Positions 1-9,659 of a stretch of DNA of 64,000 nucleotides are shown one piece after another. The stretch's first letter is position 1. Each line of letters starts with the position of its first letter. A program made the position numbers and the translations under genes. Under the pieces are notes generated by a model, which saw only the letters and a list, made by a program, of their open reading frames with translations, was not told the DNA's origin and made no database searches. Source of the DNA: Promethearchaeia archaeon (GTDB taxonomy: Archaea > Asgardarchaeota > Lokiarchaeia > Sigyniarchaeales > SOKP01); the NCBI GenBank assembly GCA_029856105.1, contig JAHQWH010000015.1, positions 128,001-192,000 on the forward strand, written 5' to 3'.

Positions 1-224
1 CTCCTAAAGCTAAGCTACCGTTTAAAATGTAAAGAAAATTTTTATCCTTATTTTTTAATCTTCAAGTTCTTTTAGATTCTTCTTATTTACTTCAAAATTA
101 TAAAATTCATTTATTGAAATTTAACAGTTTTGTCACATGTCTTATATAATAAGATTTCTTAATCGATCTTACTAACAATTTTAAATGAAATCTAATAAAA
201 ATTTTAATAAAAAGGTATATAAAA

Positions 225-596
225 ATGGCTGAAATTTCAAAAGAAGCGAAAATTGTATTATTGATAAATATTATTTCTTCTTTTATCTTTGCTTTCTTTT
301 TTTTAATAATTCCAGAAATTTATGCGGATTGGACTAACGAGGCCTATTTTTCTCCTATTTGTTGGCGACAACTAGGAGGAACACTTCTATTATTTGGTAT
401 ATTTGGCATAATCGCTTTAATGCGAAAAGAATGGGAGCAAGTAAGAATATTCTGGGAATTAGGAATTGCGTTCCTAATAGTCTTAGTTAGTATAGACATA
501 TGGGTCATGGCTTATGGCTTATTTGATTATACGGTAATTGTTGAAATTGTGTTAGTTGCAATTAATATCTTTTTCTACATAAGAGAAAGGCGATAG
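225..596 (+). CDS. Small integral membrane protein (about 4 TM helices), function unknown
   Basis: 123-aa ORF with four hydrophobic segments, followed by a T-rich tract. Confidence 0.75.
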   Translation: MAEISKEAKIVLLINIISSFIFAFFFLIIPEIYADWTNEAYFSPICWRQLGGTLLLFGIFGIIALMRKEWEQVRIFWELGIAFLIVLVSIDIWVMAYGLFDYTVIVEIVLVAINIFFYIRERR

Positions 597-714
597 AAAA
601 TCAAATTTCTAAAAACTCTAATTTTTTATTTTTTTTATTTTTTTAAAAACATATTAAATAGTTATATGTAAAATGTGTAGCGTCTATATAAAAAAAAAAG
701 AGTTTTATAACTTG

Positions 715-2664
715 CTATTCGTTAATCATGGCTAGGAACTCGTCTTCGGTAATGATCTTCGACCCTTGCCCTTGAGCTTTTACGTATTTGCTTGTTGGCT
801 CGGTGCTATTGGTGACCAGATACGATAGGTCTTTTACGATTCCACTTTTTGGAGTACCGCCGTTTTCCGACACCAGCTGGTTCGCTTCGTTTCGGGTCAT
901 GGTTTCGAGCTTTCCCGTAAAGCAGAAGGTAAGTCCATCCAATTTGTTGCTTCCCATTTTTATACTCCTTGTTTTAATTTTATTGGTTTTTAAAGTTTTA
1001 AGCATGTCAAAATATAAAGCGTGAAACTCGTTGCGAAACTGATTGGCAGTAATGTCGCCAAACAATTCTACTCTTGCCAAATCTTGTACCGTTGTTTTGT
1101 GAATCTTCTCTAACGTGTTGTATCCCGTCTTTACGACCTTTTCCACGAGAGTTTCTCCTACATTTTCGAGGTTGAATCCTCCGATAAACTTTGACAAAGA
1201 CACTTCTTTTACCGCAAACAAGTTATCTAGAGCTTTCTGAGCCGATTTCTCGCCCACTCGATCTAGTTTCGTAAGATCAGAAACCTTCAATTCGTACAAA
1301 TCTGAGATTTTTTGAACTCTTCCCGAATCGAACAATTGTTTTAGGATCAGTTCTCCGAAGTTTTTTACTCCGAGCCTTTTGATCCACATCGTTAACCTGT
1401 GATAAGCTCTTTTCGAGCAATCTTTATTAGGACAATATAATCGAGTTCCTTCGTTAATTAAAGGTGTCTTACAAGCGTTGCATGCGGTAGGAAATTCGAT
1501 CTTTCTAGCATTGGAAGGATTTTGAATAACTCTCTCGATCTTAGGTATGATATCGCCTCGTTTCGAGACTATGACCTTCGAACCGATCTTTAAGCCCAGT
1601 TCTTCAATTAAATTTGGATTGGCAAGGCTCGCTCTTTGAACAGTAGTGCCGGCTATTGATGTGGGTTCGATTATGGCTATTGGCGTGTAATTTGATCCGC
1701 TCTCGCTCCACTCCACTTCGATTACCGTAGATTCCACTTCTTCGGGGTCGAACTTGAACGCAATTTGTTTGGTCGGTCTCGCTCTTTTCATGTCTTCCAA
1801 GTCGATTTCTTTTCCCTTGATTACCAAACCGTCAATGTCGAAATTAAGCTGGTCTCGAATCGACGCCATTACTTCGTCCCGATAGTTGACGACTTCTTTC
1901 GTGGTTTTAAACATATGAGTGTCGACAACCTCGAATTGATAGTTCCTTAACCATTTTAGTTTCTCTAACTCGTTTTTAAATCTATCATCTGGGTTCTTAC
2001 TAATCGCGTCGTATACAATTATTGTTAGGTCTTCGCTACCTTTACCGTCTTTCCTTTTAGTTATACCGCTCGCCATATTTCTACAGTTTTTTGCATCGGG
2101 ATATTTTTTCTGGAAGATATCCATTTTTAAAATTATCTCCCCTCTGACCGCTCCCGTAAATTCTGGGTTAACTTCTGGCACGAAAGCAATCATTTTTCTT
2201 ACATTGTGAGAAATATCGTCTCCTATTAGACCGTCTCCGCGAGTCACTCCGTATTGGAACTTCCCTCTAAGATATTGAAGTTCTACGCTTATACCATCTA
2301 GCTTGAATTGAGTAATAAATTGAGAATACCCTATCTTTCGCGCCCATTTAGAAAACTCTGCGGGAGAGGTTACCTTTGCTTGAGAGTTCATAGGAATTAA
2401 GTGACGAATTTTATTGAGGTTCGCATCGAAGTCTGTCCCTACTTTAAAAAAAACTTCGTTGCTAGGATCGAGTTTCTTTAATTCATCCCAGAGCTTATCG
2501 AACTCCGCATCGCTAATCTCTGATTGCGAGTTGTAATAGAGGTGCTGGTGATATTCTACCTGTGCTTGAAGTTCTTTTACGCGATCAGATTTTGGCATTA
2601 ATGGGGATTTAGAACTTTTTTCTCCTGAAGAGGCGGACTCGAACAATTTTAACTGTTTAGCCAA
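715..2664 (-). CDS. ligA: NAD-dependent DNA ligase (bacterial LigA type)
   Basis: YYxxxSEISDAEFD domain Ia, KLDG adenylation motif, TRGDG, RGE, DGLVIK, AFKF, OB fold (RASLAN, GDIIPKI), C4 Zn finger (CNAC...CPNKDC), HhH repeats, C-terminal BRCT (TFCFTGKL). TTG start. Confidence 0.95.
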   Translation of the reverse strand: MAKQLKLFESASSGEKSSKSPLMPKSDRVKELQAQVEYHQHLYYNSQSEISDAEFDKLWDELKKLDPSNEVFFKVGTDFDANLNKIRHLIPMNSQAKVTSPAEFSKWARKIGYSQFITQFKLDGISVELQYLRGKFQYGVTRGDGLIGDDISHNVRKMIAFVPEVNPEFTGAVRGEIILKMDIFQKKYPDAKNCRNMASGITKRKDGKGSEDLTIIVYDAISKNPDDRFKNELEKLKWLRNYQFEVVDTHMFKTTKEVVNYRDEVMASIRDQLNFDIDGLVIKGKEIDLEDMKRARPTKQIAFKFDPEEVESTVIEVEWSESGSNYTPIAIIEPTSIAGTTVQRASLANPNLIEELGLKIGSKVIVSKRGDIIPKIERVIQNPSNARKIEFPTACNACKTPLINEGTRLYCPNKDCSKRAYHRLTMWIKRLGVKNFGELILKQLFDSGRVQKISDLYELKVSDLTKLDRVGEKSAQKALDNLFAVKEVSLSKFIGGFNLENVGETLVEKVVKTGYNTLEKIHKTTVQDLARVELFGDITANQFRNEFHALYFDMLKTLKTNKIKTRSIKMGSNKLDGLTFCFTGKLETMTRNEANQLVSENGGTPKSGIVKDLSYLVTNSTEPTSKYVKAQGQGSKIITEDEFLAMINE

Positions 2665-2887
2665 TTGATTTTCATCTCTTATATTTTGAATTTGGTTTTT
2701 TTCTTGGATTTTGGTTAATGTATATTACTCTTATCTCGATAATAAAACTTACTACTTTTATAGTTTAATGATTTTTTGCTAATTGTGATAGTCGTCTTAG
2801 TATATCTTCTCTAGAATGAGATTATTAATTATGGTAATATTAGAAAAAAATAATTAAAAAAAATATAATTTTTAAGCTGATTTTTTA

Positions 2888-3994
2888 TTACTGAACACTT
2901 TGGCCATCAACATCGACGCTACCGGTGGATGTTGTTAATGCGAATGTATATTTATATGTCGCTATTCCATAATTAATTGAAGAATAAATACTTCCTAATC
3001 CTCCTGTTATCTCCATAGTAGCATGAGGGATGTAATTGATAGATCCTACGCCGGTCGAGCTTGTAAATTTAACGCCTGTATTAGCTAAACTATCTCTGTA
3101 TAGCACTTCTATACTTCCTGTTGATGATTTCATGGAACCAGTGACATTAGCGCCCATATTTGTATATTGATAAATCTCCGCATCGATACTACCCGTTGAA
3201 GTTTCAAGTTTTAAATCGATATCTTTGGCATAATACATACTATAACTTTTGAATGTCACGCTCCCAGTTGAGACAATTCCAGTTAAATCATCTCCCATGA
3301 AACAATCTGTGAAGTTTAATAGAAGTGACCCCGTTGATGTAAATGTTTCAAACCCGTGACTAAAATTGGTATTTTTGGCAAGAAGATCAACGCTCCCCGT
3401 ACTAGTCTGAAGTCCAACTTTCCCTTGGAACTCGTTGGCACCTAATGTGATTAATTTAACAGAACCTGTACTCGAAGTAAGGGAAGTGCCATTTAAGATT
3501 ACCTCATCTGGAACTGACATTTCTATCGCACCAGTAGCCATTGTGGCTTCAATATCAAATATTACATCGGTTCTCAGTGTGACTGTTATTGTAATTTCAT
3601 ATGATTTAAACCAGTACGATGGATCAAACCAAATGTCTGGTAAAACCTTAAGATCGAATATGCCAGAAGATTCAGCCCACCATTCAGTACTTGGATTAAA
3701 GAAATCCAAGTAAGTTTTATCAGACATGAATAAACCCGCAATCTTTAAATTGACATCGATTTCTGCGAAATAAGGAGTCGCTGTAGTATTATATTTAACG
3801 ATAATTTTTCCGATATCTGCATTAAGACTCAAATCTTCAATAGGATCGGGAGAGCTTGGTTCGTATTGAAAGTTAAATGAAACATCGATACTCCCGGCTG
3901 TTGTAACGCCGGTAACTATAAAACCAATACCTCCACCAACAATAAGAGCAGATATAACAATTAGAGCAATTTTATAATTTCTCAATTTTTTCAC
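2888..3994 (-). CDS. Membrane-anchored DUF4097/adhesin-like beta-strand repeat protein
   Basis: N-terminal TM anchor, then repeated (T/S)STGS(V/I) units. Confidence 0.7.
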   Translation of the reverse strand: MKKLRNYKIALIVISALIVGGGIGFIVTGVTTAGSIDVSFNFQYEPSSPDPIEDLSLNADIGKIIVKYNTTATPYFAEIDVNLKIAGLFMSDKTYLDFFNPSTEWWAESSGIFDLKVLPDIWFDPSYWFKSYEITITVTLRTDVIFDIEATMATGAIEMSVPDEVILNGTSLTSSTGSVKLITLGANEFQGKVGLQTSTGSVDLLAKNTNFSHGFETFTSTGSLLLNFTDCFMGDDLTGIVSTGSVTFKSYSMYYAKDIDLKLETSTGSIDAEIYQYTNMGANVTGSMKSSTGSIEVLYRDSLANTGVKFTSSTGVGSINYIPHATMEITGGLGSIYSSINYGIATYKYTFALTTSTGSVDVDGQSVQ

Positions 3995-4148
3995 AATTGT
4001 ATTTTTATTTTTATTAGGTTAAGATTAGATTTGTTAGGTAATATTTAAATAAAATTTAGACCGATTTTTATGAGTATTTACAGTGTTAAAAACTTTAATG
4101 CAAAATTTGCACTGTTTTATGACGAGATTTCTTAAATAAATAAAAAAA

Positions 4149-4676
4149 TTAGAGATTTTTCACTAAAGAAACAGCAAAATTCTTAGCGTTTTCGAGATCC
4201 ATTTCATTGGGGCGTCCTTTAATTTTCTCCATATCTTTTTTTGCTTTCTCTCTTTGTTCTTCTGGCAATCTTTCTAACATACTTAACTGTGTATCTAAAG
4301 GTATTCCTAAATTCTCGCCCACACAATCAAATTCACCAATAATTTTACAATTATGCTCTTTAATGATATTAGTTATCCGTTTAAATGGTTCTTGAAATAA
4401 TTTTAAACTGGCATGTGTACAAAAATAAGCGAATTTCGTAGGGAGATCAGGAACAGCTTTTTTTATCATAGTTAAGATTGATTTATCAATTCTACTAGCA
4501 TAAACTCCTGAACCTAAAAACACAATATCATATGAATTCAATGTTGTAGGGTCTACATCTTTAGCACGAATTAAGTCTACATCGTAATCTATTAAGCCAT
4601 CCTTCATACTTTTAGCTATTTTTTCTGTGTTTCCCGTGTTGGAAAAATAAGTAATTAGAATCTTCATATTATTCAC
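4149..4676 (-). CDS. Flavodoxin family protein (likely start ATG 4667)
   Basis: YFSNTGNTEKIA FMN-binding loop, LGSGVY; AAGGTG SD-like motif 6 nt before ATG 4667. Confidence 0.85.
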   Translation of the reverse strand: MNNMKILITYFSNTGNTEKIAKSMKDGLIDYDVDLIRAKDVDPTTLNSYDIVFLGSGVYASRIDKSILTMIKKAVPDLPTKFAYFCTHASLKLFQEPFKRITNIIKEHNCKIIGEFDCVGENLGIPLDTQLSMLERLPEEQREKAKKDMEKIKGRPNEMDLENAKNFAVSLVKNL

Positions 4677-4773
4677 CTTAATATCTTATTAAATTAATTA
4701 TCGAATAAAAATAGTAAAGTCATAATTTAAAGCAGATTTTTTAGGATAAAGAGACAAACTTCCAAATATGTTA

Positions 4774-5679
4774 TCAATCAACAACTAAGTCGAAAAATTT
4801 AATTGCATTTTCTACTGTTCTTTCACTAACGGTATTTTGTGGTACATTATGAGAAAATGCAAGAGCCGCAATTGAATATTTAACATTTAACGGTACATTC
4901 ACAGGTCCTCGTAGATATGGATGTTGGTAATAACTATCAGTTTCCGTAAGTATAGAATTTAATGGAGTATTTTTTGTAACTCTCCGCCATTTATTAATAC
5001 TATATGCCGAACTAGGAACGGAAAGCATATAACCTTGCTTGGGTAAAGAAATTCCATACTCCTGTGGCCCAGAAAAGCAATGCCACATAACTTTTTTTGG
5101 ATTAACATTAAACTCCTTAATAATATTAAGAATCTCTTTTGTAGCTCCATCTCTTTTATTAAAGCGGTGTTTAGGGTTATTTCTATCAAATTCGTGCTCA
5201 GCAGCGTTTCTAACGTGAAGAACATAAGGTTTATTATAACTAACAGTCAGTTCAAAAATTTTCTTTAGTTCGATAACCTGTTTATTTCTCTTTTCAAGAG
5301 TCTTAGCATGGTGAAAATCTAAACCAATTTCTCCAATTGCTAAATATTTCTCTTGGTTACATTCAATATAATCGACCCATTTTTTCCATTCTCTTTCGTA
5401 TTGGAATTTAGGAGTATAAGTAACAGTTTGAGGTGCCCAGCCACATGTAAAACCCATTCTTTCTTTTCCTTCAATAAAATTTAAAATTAAATCAAGAGTG
5501 CTGTTATCGATCGAGCTTGTTATTATGTAAGCACCACCGTTTTTAAAAAAATCTTGATATTGTTGCTCATCGGATGGCAACCTATCGTTTCTTTTAGGAC
5601 GAGGAAATGGTAAGTGACAATGAACATCAATGAATTTAAGGATTTCTTCTGGTTCTGGGATATCGATTTTCTTAGGCAT
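4774..5679 (-). CDS. tatD: TatD family metal-dependent hydrolase/DNase
   Basis: DVHCH, AIGEIGLD, LHVR, WHCFSG, LTETD motifs. Confidence 0.88.
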   Translation of the reverse strand: MPKKIDIPEPEEILKFIDVHCHLPFPRPKRNDRLPSDEQQYQDFFKNGGAYIITSSIDNSTLDLILNFIEGKERMGFTCGWAPQTVTYTPKFQYEREWKKWVDYIECNQEKYLAIGEIGLDFHHAKTLEKRNKQVIELKKIFELTVSYNKPYVLHVRNAAEHEFDRNNPKHRFNKRDGATKEILNIIKEFNVNPKKVMWHCFSGPQEYGISLPKQGYMLSVPSSAYSINKWRRVTKNTPLNSILTETDSYYQHPYLRGPVNVPLNVKYSIAALAFSHNVPQNTVSERTVENAIKFFDLVVD

Positions 5680-5764
5680 GTTTAATCAATACTATATAAT
5701 ATTATAGAACATCTTTTGTGAGAAAATAATTTTAACAATTTAATCTTTGTTTTAACACCAATAA

Positions 5765-5786
5765 AGATGCTTTAATTAAATTTTTA
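5765..5786 (+). repeat. 22-bp direct repeat, copy 1 (AGATGCTTTAATTAAATTTTTA)
   Basis: Identical to 7159-7180. Confidence 0.85.
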
Positions 5787-5827
5787 TTAAAAATTCATAA
5801 TCATGTATAATAATTTTAGACATTGGA

Positions 5828-5971
5828 ATGGATATTCATTTTGTAGAAGAAAAAGAATTAATGGATCGATTTGGAGATTCTTACAGAGAATACAGAAATG
5901 AAACCCCTGCTTTTTTCGTACCCCCTAAAAATTGGGGTTTATTCTCTAAATATCTTATTGGAATGGCGTAG
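5828..5971 (+). pseudogene. C-terminal remnant of an ICMT/PEMT-family membrane methyltransferase
   Basis: Translates as MDIHFVEEKELMDRFGDSYREYRNETPAFF..., matching the C-terminus of the neighbouring gene (IHYEEIDLVKRFGEKYTEYQKRTGALF). In-frame stop at 5798-5800, so the N-terminal three quarters are missing. Confidence 0.75.
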
Positions 5972-6082
5972 ATAGTCGATATTAAATTAATTTCAAGCTT
6001 GTCAAGAGGTTACAATAAAGTAAAATATTTTCAATAATCTTTATAGTTGAATAATATTCATTGTTAATAGAGGTGTAATAAT

Positions 6083-6697
6083 TTGGTTCTAGTCTCGATC
6101 ATAAATTTTATTTCATTACTATGCGCCTTTTTTGTTATGGGCTATTTTTACACCCTCAGTATCCAACCCATGAAGCGTTCAGAAAAATATGGTGACAAAG
6201 CTTGGAAAGATTGTAAAAAATTCCGCTCAATTGGAGGATTTGCTGAATTTATATCTATTGCAAATTTAATCCTTTGGATTTGGTTTCCTCTTCCCATTGT
6301 AAATGAGTGGATCATCAGTTCAAATATCTGGATTGGGATAATCATAGGGATCTGTATATTGATACCAGGTATATATCTTCTGATAAGGGGGATGAAGGAT
6401 GCTGGGGCTGAAACTCTAACTCCTTCTAAAGAAACAAAAATGTATAGTGGAATTTATAACTATATTAGACATCCTCAAACTCTTGGAGAGTTTCCTATGT
6501 TCATTGCTATGAGTTTTATGTTTAATTCATGGTTTTTAGTAATACTTTCCTCATTGTTCATCATAATTTATACACCCATAATGATTCACTATGAAGAAAT
6601 AGATCTTGTTAAACGATTCGGTGAAAAATATACGGAATATCAGAAAAGAACGGGAGCATTATTTCCGAAATTAATAAAGGCATCAAAATTAAAATAA
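6083..6697 (+). CDS. Isoprenylcysteine carboxyl methyltransferase / PEMT family membrane protein
   Basis: GIYNYIRHPQTLG and EExxLxxRFGExYxEY motifs, multiple TM helices, GAGGTG SD before TTG. Confidence 0.85.
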   Translation: MVLVSIINFISLLCAFFVMGYFYTLSIQPMKRSEKYGDKAWKDCKKFRSIGGFAEFISIANLILWIWFPLPIVNEWIISSNIWIGIIIGICILIPGIYLLIRGMKDAGAETLTPSKETKMYSGIYNYIRHPQTLGEFPMFIAMSFMFNSWFLVILSSLFIIIYTPIMIHYEEIDLVKRFGEKYTEYQKRTGALFPKLIKASKLK

Positions 6698-6713
6698 ATA
6701 ATAATAAAATAAT

Positions 6714-7148
6714 GTGAATATATCTATGGAACAGTCCAAAAAAGTCTATAAAATTAAAGAAAATAAGTGTTTATATGTAGCATCAATTTTAATGCTACTC
6801 TACTCCTTACTAGAAATTGCAGATAGCATTGCGATTATCCTAATTGCATTTAATATCATCCCAAATCTTTATTTAGAATGGGGTATCCCTATAATAAAAC
6901 AACTTATGGAAACCCAACCTTTATCTCTCGCACCCATTTTCTGGGCTTTTACGATAATGAGAACCGTTTCAGCAATTGGGCTCATAAGAAATTTATTATG
7001 GGGATTTTGGATTGGAGTAAGTAGTTTACTCATTACCATGATCCTTACCATTTTATTTCTACCTATTGGTGCTTTTGAACTTCTTGGGTGTGCTATAATC
7101 TTCATTTTATTAGTTATGGGGTATTGTAAAGATAAACCAATAATATAA
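6714..7148 (+). CDS. Hypothetical membrane protein
   Basis: 144-aa hydrophobic ORF directly downstream of the ICMT gene. Confidence 0.7.
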   Translation: MNISMEQSKKVYKIKENKCLYVASILMLLYSLLEIADSIAIILIAFNIIPNLYLEWGIPIIKQLMETQPLSLAPIFWAFTIMRTVSAIGLIRNLLWGFWIGVSSLLITMILTILFLPIGAFELLGCAIIFILLVMGYCKDKPII

Positions 7149-7158
7149 AACAAAATAG

Positions 7159-7180
7159 AGATGCTTTAATTAAATTTTTA
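7159..7180 (+). repeat. 22-bp direct repeat, copy 2; probably the TATA region of the gene at 7208
   Basis: Identical to 5765-5786; its TTTAATTAAA core lies 33-43 nt upstream of ATG 7208. Confidence 0.8.
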
Positions 7181-7207
7181 AACAACCTTTTTTATTTAAA
7201 TGATATA

Positions 7208-7621
7208 ATGATCGAAGAATTAAAATCTAAACTTAAAGAATTAGAACTTAAAAAGAGCGAACTTCAACCAAAAATCGACGAGATAGAAGCAAAAAGGGCT
7301 GAAGAGCTTCAAGAAGTTAACAAAAAATTCGACCACATGGTTTCAGATGTCAATATAGAAGTTCAAGACTTTAAAAATAAAATTATGAACGAAATAATCG
7401 ATTTATTTTCAAAGGTTGTGATGGACGAGTTTGACGCGAAAAGAAGTACAAGTGATTACATGGTTACAGATAAGTTGAAAGATTTTCGAGAAAGCGTTTT
7501 AGAACTCGAGCTGTTTCCTAAGGAACTAATGGAGAGATTGGACAAAGTGATTGATGGAGATCCAATTGAAAATGTTGCGTATGACCTTGAAAAAATCGAA
7601 GCTAAATATAAAAATAATTAA
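7208..7621 (+). CDS. Hypothetical coiled-coil protein
   Basis: 137 aa, E/K-rich heptads in the N-terminal half. Confidence 0.75.
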   Translation: MIEELKSKLKELELKKSELQPKIDEIEAKRAEELQEVNKKFDHMVSDVNIEVQDFKNKIMNEIIDLFSKVVMDEFDAKRSTSDYMVTDKLKDFRESVLELELFPKELMERLDKVIDGDPIENVAYDLEKIEAKYKNN

Positions 7622-7906
7622 ATAACTGAAATTAAAATTCCAACTTGCGATGAGTTAGCAGATCAAGCTGAGGAATAATATCTATATAATAGATCATTAA
7701 ATATGATAATAAATCTGTATCTGCAGATAGCATTATTAAAACAAATATTTAGGTTCTATTAGATGGAAATATTTGAAGAGGAACTAGAGCTTTATAACGC
7801 AAAAATGAGATTACTAAGCTGGTTATACGACGAGATAAAAATCCAATCAGAGATATCTAAAGATTTACTTAATGGGGAAGGTCAAAAACTCCCTCTAAAT
7901 CTTTAA
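7622..7906 (+). pseudogene. Possible degraded ORF with two in-frame stops
   Basis: One frame reads ITEIKIPTCDELADQAEE*YLYNRSLNMIINLYLQIALLKQIFRFY*MEIFEEELELYNAKMRLLSWLYDEIK...NL*. Protein-like, family not recognised. Confidence 0.35.
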
Positions 7907-7967
7907 TTTTAAAGCTATTTTTAGTATGGATAAAATATAAAAAATAAAAGATAATAAAAAAGCAAAT

Positions 7968-8387
7968 TTATTCGCTACTTTGGTTCTTTAATTGTTCGAT
8001 TTCTAGCTTTTCAACCTTTTTTCTCAATGTTTTTATCTCTGCTTCAAACGCTTTTATTTTGCTCTTTTTGGTTTTGAGAATATCGTCTAGCTTCTTATTT
8101 AACGCTTTTGCTTTTCCTTTAACCAAATTTTCGAGTTTTTTCTTCAATGACGCTACTTCAACGGTTAATTTATTCATTTTCTTTGTCCATTCTTTGGATT
8201 TTTCCGTAGCTTCTTTTAAATCTACCTCTCCTACCTCGAGCTTTGATTTGGTATCGTTTATTTTATCGTCAAAATCGGCTTCAATTTCTTTTTCTGCAGA
8301 GGCTTCCTTTTTTGAAGCTTCTTCTTCGACGCGAGTAATCTCATCTTCTTTATCCGCTATTTGGCTCCTTAATTCTTGTTCTGACAT
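7968..8387 (-). CDS. All-helical coiled-coil protein, acidic N-half and basic C-half
   Basis: 139 aa, almost entirely E/K/A/L heptads, no Pro. Confidence 0.75.
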   Translation of the reverse strand: MSEQELRSQIADKEDEITRVEEEASKKEASAEKEIEADFDDKINDTKSKLEVGEVDLKEATEKSKEWTKKMNKLTVEVASLKKKLENLVKGKAKALNKKLDDILKTKKSKIKAFEAEIKTLRKKVEKLEIEQLKNQSSE

Positions 8388-8546
8388 ATTAACATTTCCT
8401 AATTTTATTTTGTTTATTCAATATATTTTGATATATTTGCTAACTTAAAAATTATTAATATTGATTTACAGATCGTTCTCACAGTAAAAAATAAAAAGAA
8501 ATAGAAGGATTTTTAAAAGTTTGTTGCTTTAAAATCCAGAATAAAA

Positions 8547-9581
8547 CTATTCTATCGATTCTCCAAGAGCTAATCTGCATAAATCACTTAGAATATAATT
8601 TTCTAATCCCTTCCGTGCTGCTTTAGCACCCATAGATTCCATACACAAAGAACAATTATAAACACACCCTGTAGCTCCATGTTCTAACATGTCGTTTATA
8701 TTATCGTTTTGAGCTTGCCGCACTATTGATTTTTTACCAAGTGTTGCGAAAATACCAGCACAGCACATAGCATTCTCTCGATCGTACTTTCTTGCGACCC
8801 TTTCAACACCTATCAGCTCACAGATTTTATCTACCCACTTATCCGAGTCTGGAATAAATCTATTTGAACAGGATCTTTGATAAGCAATTTTCATGTTAAG
8901 TTTTTTAACATCAGATTCGTGCTCTTTTAAATAATTATAGAGATATTCGTAAACGTGAATAGGCTTAAAACCAGGTGGAAGTTCTATATTATTCCGAGGA
9001 CAATAAGAAGCGTAGAATCCGTAGCATTCATCGTGATAGCAAATCATTTCTTTAATACCTTGAAGTTTAATGTTTTCTAATATTATTGGAGCTCTCTCCT
9101 TAATTATAGAGTCTCTTGCGTAATGATGATACATTAAATTACAAAAAAAATCAAGACCGCTAACATATTGTAAATTTTCAAACAATTGCCCTTCCATATT
9201 TTTTGCGTTTATTTTAGCTAATCCACATTTATTTAACACGGGTTTATCCGGATTAATTTCTTTTAATCTCACTTGATCGTGTGGAGCAAATCTATTTATC
9301 GTATTTTCTAGTATACTTGGATTAATATTTAACGAATTATACTTCTCCTGTAATTCTGTTATTAAATCGAAAGGATGAACCCCGTAAGGGCAATATTCGT
9401 CGCAAGCAAAGCAAGTTACACACTCTGTTAATACGCGAGATTCCTCTCCTTTAATCATCTTAGTTTTTTCTGCTCGTGCTTCTTCAACATCTTCAAATTC
9501 AATCCATTGACAGCGAGTTAAACAATCAACTTTCTCACAATCGGCACAATGTGAACTATCAAACATTTCTTTTACACTCAT
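8547..9581 (-). CDS. (Fe-S)-binding CCG-domain oxidoreductase (HdrD/GlpC-like), paralog A
   Basis: CxxCxxxxCxxxC and CxxCxxCxxxCP clusters; YQRSC...MCCAG...CSLC CCG-like domain. Confidence 0.8.
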   Translation of the reverse strand: MSVKEMFDSSHCADCEKVDCLTRCQWIEFEDVEEARAEKTKMIKGEESRVLTECVTCFACDEYCPYGVHPFDLITELQEKYNSLNINPSILENTINRFAPHDQVRLKEINPDKPVLNKCGLAKINAKNMEGQLFENLQYVSGLDFFCNLMYHHYARDSIIKERAPIILENIKLQGIKEMICYHDECYGFYASYCPRNNIELPPGFKPIHVYEYLYNYLKEHESDVKKLNMKIAYQRSCSNRFIPDSDKWVDKICELIGVERVARKYDRENAMCCAGIFATLGKKSIVRQAQNDNINDMLEHGATGCVYNCSLCMESMGAKAARKGLENYILSDLCRLALGESIE

Positions 9582-9659
9582 TTACGATATGAATTTTATA
9601 TGAATTAATAATATAAAAAGATTTTAAAGAAAAAAATTTTTTAGCAATTCCGTATAAAC

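Noticed and set aside
7968-8387. Possible ESCRT-III/Snf7 homolog
   Set aside because: Charge polarity is the reverse of ESCRT-III (basic N, acidic C), the protein is short, and no Vps4 or other ESCRT gene is nearby.
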